From Paraspadella gotoi (lineage: Eukaryota; Animalia; Chaetognatha), in assembly GCA_051294375.1 (NCBI GenBank), contig CM119265.1:16245750-16309749 (forward strand): a stretch of 64,000 nucleotides of DNA, read 5' to 3'. Under the pieces are notes generated by a model. That model was not told the origin of the DNA. It did no database searches and worked only from the letters and a program-made list of their open reading frames with translations. The translations under genes were made by a program, and so were the position numbers. Below are positions 12,601 to 30,495 of the stretch, one piece after another. The number at the start of each line of letters is the position of its first letter. The first letter of the stretch is position 1.

Positions 12601-15600
12601 ATCAAGCTGAAAACATTTTTTGTATTTATCATTTTTAATATTTAAAAATATTTTTTATCAAGCTACAACATAAATTTTTGCTTGTTTTTTACTTTAACTG
12701 AAAAATATAAGCAATTTATGGAATAAAAAAATTTAATAATAACAAAATGTAATTCAGTCTTTCCTTTTTCAAATTACAAGAAAAAGAAAAAATTTCATAT
12801 GTCTTCATTGAAATTTTTAAAGCAAAAAACTGTTATACTTTTAACTCTGTTTAAACAAAAGCTGTGTAAAGATTTATGGATTTAATTTAATAAAACTCTT
12901 TAGAAAGGATGTCCCATGATTAGGGCTTTAATTTGATACCACATCCACCTTGCTACCTCTTTTCTTTCAAAAGTTATTTAAAAAAAATTACGTTTTTTAA
13001 ATTACGCAGTACAAATCTTTGTTAAATAAAAATTTCGGCAAAGCGGGAGTATCTCACTTATTTCTGTTGGTACAATACTTAAATTTCAAAATAAAACTTG
13101 AAGAAAATTTTTTTGTCATTTAGAGACATATCACTTTCAGATGTACCCATCGTATAATAATTTATTTATTTATTTCCCCCAAAAAAGCCTAATTAGAACA
13201 GTTGAAATTTTTTCAAATTGTTGGCAAAAAAATTTCATCCGACCTATGCTCATTGAGAATAATGGTTTTGCATAGAAAATTAAAATATCAAAAAAATAAA
13301 AAAATCAGCCTCTAGAAAAATCTAAAGGCTAGAGGCTGATTTTTTTAGAATTGCAAATTTTTTTTCCTGACTCATAATCCATTATTCTCAAGTTTCAAAA
13401 TATTTTTTTCCAAAATCATTCAATCAATTTTTTTTATTAATTTAAAATGTTTTTATGTTGTTTTTGTTTGAAAGAATTGAAAAAAAGTGAAAAATATAGT
13501 AATTATATAAGGTTTTTGAAAATACCTTTAAAATATTAAATAATTAGACACAAGGGGAGTAAGCAGAGAAAACTTCCCATTCATAAAGAAAATTGAAAAT
13601 GAATTTGTCATATTGTTATTTAGATTAATTGACCAATTACAAACAAATGATTCATATAAATTGAGGAAATGATGGGTAAAAAATATTCATCTTGGTCTCG
13701 GTTAACTATTAGGTTGTCGTTAAAGTTTTGTTTTAATAATATTAATATTTTTTTTGCATTTATAAAAGCAATGGTCTAAAATTTTGTAAGCGTTTCGAGC
13801 TATATTGCTTCATCTTTTTTACTATTTTTGATCTAGTTAGCTTTTTTGTTGATGGTCAAGGGTTATGGTCAGATACAGATATGTCCAGTAGTGTATATCG
13901 CACATATTACCAAAAGTAGTGATCAATTAATTTGGCTCAGAAACGATTTTAAAGGGACAAAATCAGCACGAGACCGTTTCGCCACATTATTTTTCATCGT
14001 GTCATATGTCAATTTGGAGTTACGTTTCTGCCTCCTTACTACTGTCAAGGATATTTAACCAAAATTTTTGAAAATGCTATTTTCTAATTAAAAATATATA
14101 TATTAGTATTGGATTCAGCTTTGATTGCTTTTTTTACGCGTTTGTTTGTTGTAAAAACTACGCCAAAACGTATTATTTCGTAATTAGATGTGTGACGTTA
14201 ATGATTTTTCCAAACCAAAATAATCAAAATTGTTCACGAAACGTTCACAAACATTCATTATGTATCTCCATACAGGAGTCCCGCTCCAGCAAAGAATCTC
14301 AAATGATCGCGAGAGACGGACGATGAGCATCCGAATTATAGTCATATCGACTTTACTTTACTTTACTTTACTTTACTTTAGTTGCTCCGCGAGTACTAAT
14401 AAGTACTCATCTAAAAATATCTTAATTCCAAATTTAGAGTTAAAGGTGGCGTTTTAGGGAAATGAGGTTTATCAGGGTACATCACCTTACCAAAAAGGAT
14501 TAACAAAAATTATGCACTATTACCTGAGTTATGAATATTTAAAATTTTAGTAGGACAGACCAATGGACCAACCAACCTCCCAACCAACCGAGCAACCAAA
14601 GATTGATTAATTGAATTGGTAATTTACCGAAATATATAAGTGCGGCAACAGCGATAATGATAAGAACATCCAACAACAATATTAGTATGACGGCTACCAA
14701 CATCCCATAAGTCTTGACATTTACAAGCGGCGTATTGCATAGATTGCTGTAACACTCTTTTATTCTAAAAGTTTCGTCATTATCTTTTGTTTTCTTGTGA
14801 ATGGCCACTTCTAGTTCTTTCGCCCTAAATTTATATGTAAAATAAAATCAGCCATAGCCGATGAAGTTTAAATGCTAATGTATTAAACATTAAAATAATC
14901 TATCATGAGCATAGATTTTTTTTCAAAAAATGGATGGTACTAGTAGGGGTAGCCTAACTCAGTAAGGTGGTTAAGAAATTTGAATTAAGCACCTGCTCAA
15001 ACAAAAATTTAGACATTTTTTGGCACTTTTTTTCAAAGAAGCCCCCTTGCTGCGGCTCCTGAAGCAGCGGACTCAAACACGCACAAAAATTGTATCTTCT
15101 GCTGCTTCCATCGTCGTTTTATACGTCACTCCTTTTGTCGTGGCTCTAACACGCCAAGACGGTCTTTGCACAATGATCAAAATGAGGTTTTTTTTCGGAA
15201 AAACTATGCTGATGGCGCAATTAGTTGGTTTTTAGTAGGTTGTTATATTATAAGTAGTTATATTTAAAAAACTTTATTAAAATGTTAAATGAAAATAATT
15301 CTATCATGGTTTTCTTAGATCGTTTCCTATATTTTTTTTAGTAAAAACAGTTAAAGACAATTCTAATTTTTCAATTTTTCAATTTTGTATAGAATTAATC
15401 AAGCATCTAAATTTTTTAAAGTTTCATGACAGCTTTTCAGTTTTAATATTATTTAAAATTTCCTTCCACAAAAATTTTTTATGGCTCAAAAATTAGGCGG
15501 CATCATAAAAACAATGCCAATAAAGCGGATTATGAAATTGATAAAAAATATTATATAAGAATGATTCAGAATAAGACAAAGATGTCAAAGTCCATATACC

Positions 15601-18600
15601 TTAGATATACTTAAATACACCTTAGCCAATATAACTTAGGAAAAAATTCTAATAAATAATAATAATGTTAACAAATAAAAATTTAAATTTGAAAAATCTC
15701 CTTTTCAAATGAAAAGAAATGAATTAACATTGACAAACAACTTGCCTCTAATCTCCATATCTGAATGATAATTGGATACAATTATGTTTTTTTCTTCTTT
15801 TCGTCATTTTTTGCTTTTTATTTTTTTTCCTCCAAGTTATTATTGTCCTAGCTAAGAACTAAGGTTGTTTTTTTTAAATTTAAATTTTTTTTTTTAAATA
15901 TTATACATATTAGTCATATCTAATTTTTATAAAAAAATTATTTAAAAAATCATTTGGTTATAACCATGCCGGACACAGCGGACAAAAAGTCAAATATGGT
16001 AGCTTCCTGATATGATGAATCATTAAATGCAGTAGAAATGGCCGTGCTTCTACGTGCTTCCATATAGACTTGAGGCTAGTATTTGAAAACTTATATACAT
16101 TAAAATGCTGTTCAAACAAATTATAATTCAGTCCATGCAAACTAACCAGTTATTGACAATGAGTTAAAAAAAATTAAGTTTTTATCGTTAAAATGTCTAC
16201 AAATAACAAAACAAAGTGAGCTCCAAAAAAAGAAAAACATTGTATCTCCAATATGAATAATTTTTACAACCCGATATCATAAGACAGTGTTTTTGTGATA
16301 CACCTGGACGGATTAAAAGAAAAATTTTAAACATATGATGTACCACCCTTTATCCAAGTAAAAAAAATATTTCGATGACTGTGCGAGATAAAAATGAAAT
16401 TTCCCTTTCATTTCTATCGTGAAAACGTGGATTGAAAATCCTCCAGAGACGATTAGTCCATTTCCCCTGGCTTGTTCGATAGTAAAATCTTTATCAAATG
16501 CCACAAGAAAACATTAACGAGCTCTTGAGATGCAAAGCTGTCGGAATCGTGCGTTTTTACAACTGTTTTCTACCGGAATTTCTTGCAGCTTCGTTTGTAA
16601 AGTTATGCAGTCAGATTTGAAAGAAAATCTCTATTAGAAAAATGTTGAATTTTTTTTAAAGAAAGATTTTTGCCTATACTTACATTTCTGTAGTAAGCTT
16701 TCTTTGCTCACATTTCATTGCGTGGTATGGAGGAAATCCAGACGGATAAACAGAAATAATTAAACAAGTTTCGCAAAAATCCAATTTTGTGAACTGTAGT
16801 TTCACACTAGTTCCATCATAACATTGCTGAAAAAATATAGCTTCAATTTTTTTCATTATTAATAATATAATTAATAAATTAGTTATATATAGTAGTGCGT
16901 TCTAAGATTTATTACTTTAACATAATTTTTAGGAGTTCTGTAATATATATAAAATATATAAATATATAAAATATCTTTTGTCATTTATGTATTTATTTAT
17001 TTATTTATTTATATATTCGCCCAATGGGTCACAATTAGAAAAAAATGCTGAAGCTACCCCGTGAGCCATATTCACTGACAAGAAGTAAAATTTAATGATG
17101 TTTGACATACCAATCATTAAGAAAATTTTATTATACCATATGAATAATGATAGTACTATCTAAGAAAAAAGTATATCACATAATTGTTGAAAAGTTCATT
17201 TATTCAATAAACAAGTTTGAGCAAACAATGTCGGATCTGCCTACAATAATTAAGGGGTTATCAGCTAATCAGATGATAAATGACAGATCGTACCATACCA
17301 AACCAGTAATACAAACAAATACTTTTAGCTGGATCTGCTTACAGCAGATTCCGGCTCTATATTTACCTGTTTTAGTACTTTGTTGCTGTAAAAATCAAAA
17401 GTATGTGTAATTTTGGTAAAAATAGGCTGAAAATTAAGTGTCTTGATTAAATTATGATAAAATAATAAAACTAATGGTATTTAATATGTGCCTTACACTT
17501 TAATCTGCTGAATATAATCATTTGACTTAAAATAAGTCATATATGAACTGGGATATGACTTAAATAAATTAAAAATTACATTTTTTAAAGATTTTTGGGG
17601 ATTTATTTGGTAGTATCTCAATAAATATTTATCATAAAGAGTTGGCAATAGGCTCAAAATGAAGGTCACATCCTATAGTTTCTAGTCCATATAGATTAAG
17701 TAAAATCATATCATATCATTATGGCAAATTATTTAAAAATTTATTTAATATTTTTCCAAATTTTTGGGGGGATGAGGTACCTATATTGAAGCTTGAAGAA
17801 AAATTTTATTTTTGAATTAATTGAAAGAAGACTGTCTATAGAACTCGTTGGTATCCTTAATTTTTTAGATTATAGTCTTATTATATTCTCAATAATACTC
17901 ACCATTTTATTACTTTTTTAAAGAAAAAATAATATATTTTAATAAATAACTTTTTAATCAAAAGTCGGAGAAAGTTGGGAGTGGTCCTAAATTAAAGCTC
18001 TCGGTTGTTGTTTGCTCAAACTTGGTTTCAAAAAGATTTACATTACTTTTTATCAACTTTTTTAAAGATTTTGACCTATCTAAAGATATAATTTTTTTTT
18101 AAATTATATTACATTTTATCAATTTTTTAAGTTTGTTTTGAGATAAAAACCGCCTTGACGTTTCTTAAGCAATAAATATTTTAATGAATAGACAGCAAAC
18201 AAGTTTGAGCAAACAATGTCGGATCTGCCTACAAAAATTAATTAATTAATTAATCAATTAATTAATTTTAATATTTAATAATTAATTATAAATTTATATA
18301 CAGCTTATCATCATTGATGTCCTTAAAATTCACAATTCCGTCAAAACTTTATATCTAGCTTCTTCACACACTTTCCTTCCCGCTCACAAAATTTCATCTC
18401 AATCTATAATGGGTTAAAATAAGTAAAAAGAGTCAAGTAAATATGACTCATATTTTTTTCATTTAAACTCATTTCCACTCGTACCGAAACTTTATATCAA
18501 GCTTCGTCACACATTTCCCTACCCACACACAAAATTTGAACTCAATCTATCCATCCAATTATGATTAATTAGAGTATTTATTAGTAAAAATAAGTAAAAA

Positions 18601-19744
18601 TATTTTAGTAAATATGACTTATGTTTTTTCCATTTAAACTCATATCCACTCACACGATTCCGTCGAAACTTTATATCCAGCTTTATCACAAATTTTCCTA
18701 CCCACACACAAAATTTCATTCCAATCCAACCAGCCAATCACGAGTTATTGGGGCTTTTTGCTAAGGTGGAACGGATTGATTGATTAATTAGTGATTAATT
18801 AATTGACTAATTGATTAATTAACCAATTAATTATTTGATTTATTAATACATCCTGCATATACATTTAATATAAAAGGAAAAAAATCATAATCAATTAGTG
18901 AAAAAGGTTTTTTGTTTTTTCCATTTAAACTCATTTCCACTCAAACGATTCCATCGAAACTTGGTTTCCTGTTCAATCACACACTTTCCTACTCACATAC
19001 AAAATTCCAGGTCAATCGCCCCATCCACTCATGAGTAATTGGTGTTCAAATAGTGAAATATATTTGTTTGTTTTTTCCATTTAAACTCATTTTCACTTGG
19101 ACGATTCCATCAAAACTTTATATCTAGCTCAATCACACACTTCCCTACCAACACACAAAATTTCATTCAAATCCATCCATCCAATCACGAGTAATTGGTG
19201 TTTTTTGCTAAGGTGGGACGGACGGACGGAGAGACGGACGGACGGACGGATGAACGGACATCATTTTTTTTGCATAATTTATCATAATTCGATGTTCTGA
19301 CATGATATAAGTTAGTGCCCGACAATATTGAGGGGGCGGACCGACGGACCGACAAAGTGAATTATAGAGTCGGGATCTGCAGATCCGACTAAATAGTAGT
19401 GTTAGATCACATCGCAGCTCCTTGTATTTTGAAGCTAGTGCGGAGTACAATATAGTATTCCCGATCTAATACTTAAGGGAGTGATCTTTTCATACAATTG
19501 AAACATTCTTTGAAATATTTTGCTGTGTCATTATCTCAAAGCTTGTCCAGAGTTAGGGGCATGATAACTTATTATTAAATGAATGTATAATTTTTATATT
19601 GGTTGTACCAATTTTTTATCTTTTTATCATTCCTCTCTACTACATAGCAAAATAAAGTACTTCTGCATTGCTAGTATTTTCATTTACCAATCCTTTGGTT
19701 CCAGTAGAAGACAAGATTATCAACGCAAACAGAAGCATTAACAT
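9610..19744 (-). CDS. Type I membrane protein with a reduced 6-Cys Ly6/uPAR (three-finger)-like ectodomain, paralog A, 228 aa
   Basis: Exons 19744-19688 (signal peptide MLMLLFALIILSSTGTKGL), 16826-16684 (QCYDG..FCETC..KCE), 14824-14628 (..ECYSNLCNTP + TM LVAVILILLLDVLIIIAVAALIYF) and 9899-9610 (K/N-rich tail ..GKDRYL..GLP*). All junctions are GT-AG and phase-consistent (0,2,1); 687 nt. Confidence 0.75.
10504..11182 (+). mobile_element. Non-autonomous Helentron/DINE-1-like element (family A), copy 1
   Basis: 5' aaacaaatttcagcaaacaatatcggatctgc; central ~150-bp tandem units (catttaaactcatttccactc...atccatccaatcacgagtaattgg); 3' gtcgggatctgc...gcagatccgact hairpin/subTIR. Highly similar to 18197-19393. 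Confidence 0.7.
11181..11223 (-). ncRNA. Minimal type I hammerhead-ribozyme-like motif (Penelope-type), degenerate stem III
   Basis: Minus strand reads aacg CTGAAGA a ggcttg-tatg-taagcc GAAA catata cgtt: stem I aacg/cgtt, stem II of 5-6 bp, conserved core. Confidence 0.55.
17208..17360. mobile_element. Fragments of family A element termini
   Basis: 5' end aaacaagtttgagcaaacaatgtcggatctgcc followed by an inverted 3'-end hairpin (agctggatctgc..gcagattccggct). Another inverted 5' end lies at ~10055-10088. Confidence 0.55.
18197..19393 (+). mobile_element. Non-autonomous Helentron/DINE-1-like element (family A), longest copy, in intron 1 of LU paralog A
   Basis: SubTIR gtcggatctgc (~18218) pairs with gcagatccgac (~19379-19389); 3' stem-loop, (GGAC)n microsatellite at ~19216-19260 and 5-6 central tandem units. 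This architecture is typical of HINE/DINE-1 elements. Confidence 0.72.
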
Positions 19745-20109
19745 TTTAAAGAATAAAAAATCAGAATTAAATCAAAAGGACGGAAACTATAAACAACGTT
19801 TTTAAGCTCAGTTAGCATTAATAATTTCTTTTAATAGGACCATAGATCGTTAACAGAGCCTTGTCATTTTATTTTCATGCACTAAACAATAAAAAGATCA
19901 GTATTAAATATTTAACGAACGTTTCAGGCAAAGCAATAAGATACGTCAACATGTACTTGGTTTTGTATCCAAGCAGTTACGCCAAGAGCACGGACTTAAA
20001 CTTTTCCTAGTCACAACGATTTTTTTGTCTCTCACTTTAAACATATCACAGATAAGGAAAAACACGTAAGAGCGAGATTTGATATTCAAGTTTGACTCTG
20101 CACGGCAAG
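19745..20109. promoter_or_regulatory. Putative bidirectional promoter between LU paralog A (-) and the serine protease (+)
   Basis: Two signal-peptide-encoding first coding exons start head-to-head 365 bp apart. No specific promoter motif was verified. Confidence 0.45.
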
Positions 20110-25307
<5,198 letters not shown>

Positions 25308-25533
25308 AAGTGGCACGTTCCTAAAATTAAGTTCTTAAATCTCGTTGCTAATATAATTTTATGAATTATATGAGTAAGATTTAATAATATCCGAAAAACA
25401 ACTTCACAATAATGTACCGTACTATACTATACTTATGAAATTTTAATGAAAAGCTTCTTGCGCTTAAACAATCGAAAAAATTAAAGGCTAACATAGCGGG
25501 TTTACTTATTTTTTGATCTAAAGATATCTATAG

Positions 25534-27362
25534 ATGAAGATGCGGATTTTATCGAAGCTAATTTGGTTGTCGGCGTTATACTTATACACGACCGACGCCC
25601 TAAGTTGTTGGTCGGGCCTAGGCGGAGAGACGCCAAGAGACAGAGAATGCAGTTCTACGGCTACTATCTGCATTTATGAATATAATTCAAAGGGGCCATT
25701 TTATTACTATGACTACGGTTGCGGCACCAATGAAGGGTATAAACAACGAAAAGATTCAGATTTTTCATCGGAGACAGGAAGTAGAAAGACATATAAGTGT
25801 TCGTATAGTTTGTGCAACAAACCGGTCGCGGCTCCAGCAGACACCACTCTCCTCGTCTTGCTAATTATATTCATTTTGCTGTTGGTTATTATAATAGCTG
25901 TCCTGGGAATTCTATTTTTTACAGGTAAGAGTACAAACTGTTTTTTTGTTGTTGTTTTTTTTTGTTATTTTTTTTCATGAGAAGGATTGCCAACCCGATA
26001 TTTTCATACTGGCTAGAGATGCAGAAGTGATCATAGGAGCTGAAAGCGGGAAAAATTATGAAATAGGAAGTTGGGTGAAAAAGGATTGAACGCAGAAACG
26101 ATGTTTTTTCTTCCTTAATTAATAATTTTTTTGTTCTGTAAGAAAGAAAGAAAAAGTTTTTTAAGAAAAAACTTTCGATATAAAAAGTTAATCAATAGAG
26201 TTTTAGTAACAAAAAAATGAAAAGAGAGATCAGGGTAAGTTAAGATTAAATAAACGTTGAGGGTTAGGAATAAATAGGGATGTTGGGTAAATTAAAGTTA
26301 AGGGTAAATTGCTGATGAAATCTGAACTTAAATTTAAACATATTTAAATAAAATTTGAAATATAATATTAAAATATTTATAGATTATCAATGAGCTATCG
26401 AGAACAAAAATTATCAATAAAATCTTAAATTATAAAGCTTATAAAATCATTTAATATTTCATCCCAAAAAATAAATTTCCGTAAAACAAAATATCAAATT
26501 TTCAATTTTTATATTTTGTTTAATTTTTAAAAGATTATTGTCTGTTTTCCTTTCATTTCGTTGCTTTAATTTGCTTGAGGTAGAAAATGAATGATTTGTT
26601 GACGTACAAACATTAATTCCAGCGCAAAATTCATCTTTTACGCTGATGAAGGCATACATTGAAGCCGAAACATGTCCGAATGTTCCTAATTTTTCTTTTT
26701 TGAGTTTTTTTACCATAAACCAGGAGAGTATTAGGATTCGGGATCGTTCTTAAGCTTTAACCCATAACCTTACCCTTTAATCTAATACAACCCTTATCTT
26801 ATATTAATAGTAATTTATTGATTGATATAATAGTTATTGATTGATTGATGTAATAGTAATTGATTGATACGATGATAACCAATTATTGATGCGATGATAA
26901 TCAATTATTAATGCGATAATAACCAATTATTGATACGATAACCAAATATTAATGCGATGAGTCATTAATTATAAATAAAACAAACAAATACATATATGAA
27001 TGAGAGAAACGAAAGAAATAAAAAAAGAAAGACAAATAAAAAAAATGATGATAAAATTCCATCTGCTTATTTCGTTCAAAACAATTCTAAACATTTATTT
27101 AATAAAAAAAACATTGCTCATTCGTTTTTCTAAGCCGCTGTAGGGGTTAAATAATTGGAAACCAAATTACCGCTTGTTATAAGCGTTGCGACACAATCTT
27201 CATTTTTCGGCTTCAGAAAAACTGAAGATGGTGAAGAACGAAGAGGAGAATCAAAATCAACAAAACTCGAAGAACCAAAATCGCAGCGAGAATTCGAAAA
27301 AATCCACTTTGCTGACGACGGCGGAGGGAAAAGTCAGATATCACAAGATCCAAACCCGTTGA
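25534..27362 (+). CDS. Type I membrane protein with a reduced 6-Cys Ly6/uPAR-like ectodomain, paralog B, 178 aa
   Basis: Exon 25534-25924 encodes a signal peptide, LSCWSG..ECSSTATIC..GCG..KCSYSLCNKP and a TM (LLVLLIIFILLLVIIIAVLGILFF), ending G|gtaaga. It splices in phase 1 to 27217-27362 (EKLKMVKNEEENQ..EGKVRYHKIQTR*). Confidence 0.78.
26638..26682 (+). ncRNA. Minimal type I hammerhead-ribozyme-like motif (Penelope-type) in the intron of LU paralog B
   Basis: cg CTGATGA a ggc-atacattgaa-gcc GAAA CATGTC cg: complete core, palindromic ACATGT stem III and GUC cleavage triplet, but a short stem I. Confidence 0.6.
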
Positions 27363-30208
27363 AAAACCGATCAACGTTTCCCGATAGATTAGCTCCATCA
27401 AGATTGAAAAGACGCACCCATCAGTTTTTGACATTTTTCTTCCTTGTTGGAAGTTCCGTTACTTTGAAAATATAATTTGTTATCAATCAATGCCTCTTTT
27501 AACGATGATAGTGGTTGTCATTAAATATAAATGATTTTAAAATGGATTGCCGATGAATGAAACCAAGCTTGGCAGAGAAGCATCTTACCGGCTGGAGTTA
27601 GTGGCTGCTCCCTTCTGCTCCCGGTACGATCTAATCGGCTCGGCTACGGTGTGCCGATAAAGAAAATAAGCGAAACGGAGGGGCGGCCACAAAATCGTTT
27701 TGACAAGCATTCGCTGATTTCAGCTGCCTGCCGTTCTTTGTACAGTTCCAAAGGACGCCGAGCCGCCGATATGCCGCCGTGTACCCGATGGTAAATGTTG
27801 CTAGTATTTAATGCGGGATTGTAACAATCATGGTCATGAGTACATGGTGAATCTGACATCGGCGCAGCTCGAACCGTGGAGGGGACGATAACGAGAGAAT
27901 AAAAAAGAAGTCGACGACGAACTTTTAGAGAGGGGATGGTAAAAATAGAAGTATTGATATGGTGCCGTGACTAATCACATTCTTGAACCATTTTTTAATC
28001 AAATTTTGTTACGAAAAAATAAAAAAAATAAGAGCATGATAATATTAGTTTTTCTCATTTGTCCTTATTTAGTTTAATTACGAAAAAGCCTTAAACTATT
28101 TAATTTTACTTTTTACAAACAGGAGTAGATATGACTTAATTCTAATAAATTATATTGAATAATTTTATACAATTATAAAAATAAATGATTATAAAAGAAA
28201 TAAATAATAAAGAAATATGAAAATATTACTTGTAAGTCGATTATCTCGTGAATGAATCATCTTAAACTGATGGGAATGGGTTCATCTGAAAGGTCTTAAA
28301 AATGCATCAGGATGAATACATAATTTTACTTATTTGCTTTAAATACAGTTGTACATGAATTTTTTTTTAATATTTGAAGAAAATTGGAATTAAATCGATC
28401 TAAGGTTCATACGTGTTTACTCTTTCGCAAAAAATAATCCAGAGGTTAGCAATAATAATACTTTTTATTATTAAGAAATTACGAATTTGATTTTAATTCT
28501 ACATAAAAAATATTTGGTTTGCTTTGTATAATTTTAAAATTGGGCCTTATAATATAAATATTTTACAGTGCACTCTTGGACGTTGATTTTCAATGAACAA
28601 ATATATAATATACAATATATTTCAAATAAAATAAAGATTATAATATAGTCAGGTGTAAGATGGCTTATTTATTATGTGAATTGATAATTGTTATATTGGT
28701 TGAACCAATTTCATATATTTAAAAACAGTTTTATCATATTTTCAATCGTTCACTTATCAAGCTTATTATTAAGCTAATTATATAGAATTTAAATTTAAAC
28801 TAGAACATGCTTGTGTGATGAAAAATCAAATTATCAATAAATAAGGATGAGAAAACTATGTTTTTTTTGGGGGTAAATTTTGTTTGAACTTTTATGTTTA
28901 CTCTAACAACTGTGTGATGTCGGAAGTTTAAGTGAATACCAACAAAAGGGAAACACGTGAGCCTCTTCATAATTTCATTTTATTTTTAATGGGGGAAAAA
29001 GGGGAATGGGGGAGTCTGTTCAATTAGGTAGCTACAAATGACTACTGACTAGGTAAGCTGGGCCTTGTTCCTTTCGTTGATCAAGATAAGGATTCTGCCC
29101 TTCGGATTTTACCTTCCCGTCTCCGGCTTTTGCCATCCGAAAGGATGTTCCCTTCGCTTGCGGCTAAGTAGTAAGTAATCAACTTGTCTTGTCCTAAATC
29201 GTCCACACAATTACTATAGCATGATAAAGTAAATTACGTTAAATTAATTCGTAGTTGATGAGTACAATTTGAAAAACTCTTTGTTGTAGTTTTTTATAAT
29301 CTTATTGACTTCGCTTTCGTCTACTTATATAAACATTATTGTATTTAAATTAATCGATAAAGCCTAAATTTATCTAAGTACAGATTTCACCAAACCTGAA
29401 AAACAAGTAAGAATTTTATAAATTGTAAGTTTTTAAAATAACAAATTAAGTTTTTAAAGAATATATTTACTTTGGTTTATTATTACATTACATTCGAAAA
29501 TATATTTTTTAGGTACTATTTTTTCAGGTACTATAATACCTAGCTAATTCAGATGCCCTGAATGATTGATACCGAGCATAAAAGAAAAATAAAAAAATTT
29601 CTGGAAACTTTCGTCTTTGCGATCTTTTCAGTTCGAAATGTGCCGTCTGTCTTTTTCAATCCCGATCGATCTGCGAAACGAGATTTTTGAACGAACTCAG
29701 TTTATCGCGGATCAGCTAAGTTTTATTCCAAAAATGCGACAAAAAAAAAAAAGATCGAATGATAAAAATATAAAACGATTTTGAAAAATTTATAACATTT
29801 TGCATTGGATTCTTTTGAATGTTTCTATTTTCCCTACAGTGTAATCGCCTTTTTCATTGCAATGTCTTATTACGGTTGCAAGTTTTCGTAAGTTATAAAA
29901 TAAAAAAAATATGTTTTAATAGTTCTACCCAGTTAATCGCACAATACCAACATAAAGGGCCAGGTTTGCAGACTCAGAGCGTTCACCACTTGTGCAGGTG
30001 ACTGAAATCAGTTATTGGGTGGGTTTGTAAAATTTTGATTTTAATTAGTAACAAATAATATTAGAAACGAGGAGTAAAACAAATTTAAGCAATCAAACAG
30101 TCAATGAAAAACTGAATACAAAAAAATAATAAAATCTTATCTGTCAAATGGCTGAAACTTTGCTCCTTTGGTTACTTTTCACATTTTTGCCTGAGAAGCG
30201 GAACTTGG

Positions 30209-30291
<83 letters not shown>

Positions 30292-30495
30292 CCACCATCT
30301 AAATTTGGTTTTTATTTTTAGCTATTTTATTTCTTTTTTTCGCGCCCTTTTTTTGCGCTTCCTCATTTCCATCCCTTCTTTTCACCACGCCCTCCATCGG
30401 CGAATTGAAACTTCCGTCAGCTATTTTTTGTTTAAATTTTCGAGCCTTACTTACTGGAAATAAAAAAGGAATCGAGAGACAACGATCGGCCACAG

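Noticed and set aside
14990-16640. Additional Cys-containing exons of LU paralog A (~15000-15150, ~16320-16630)
   Set aside because: In-frame stops or phase conflicts, and exons 2 and 3 already join in frame to give the same 6-Cys pattern as paralog B.
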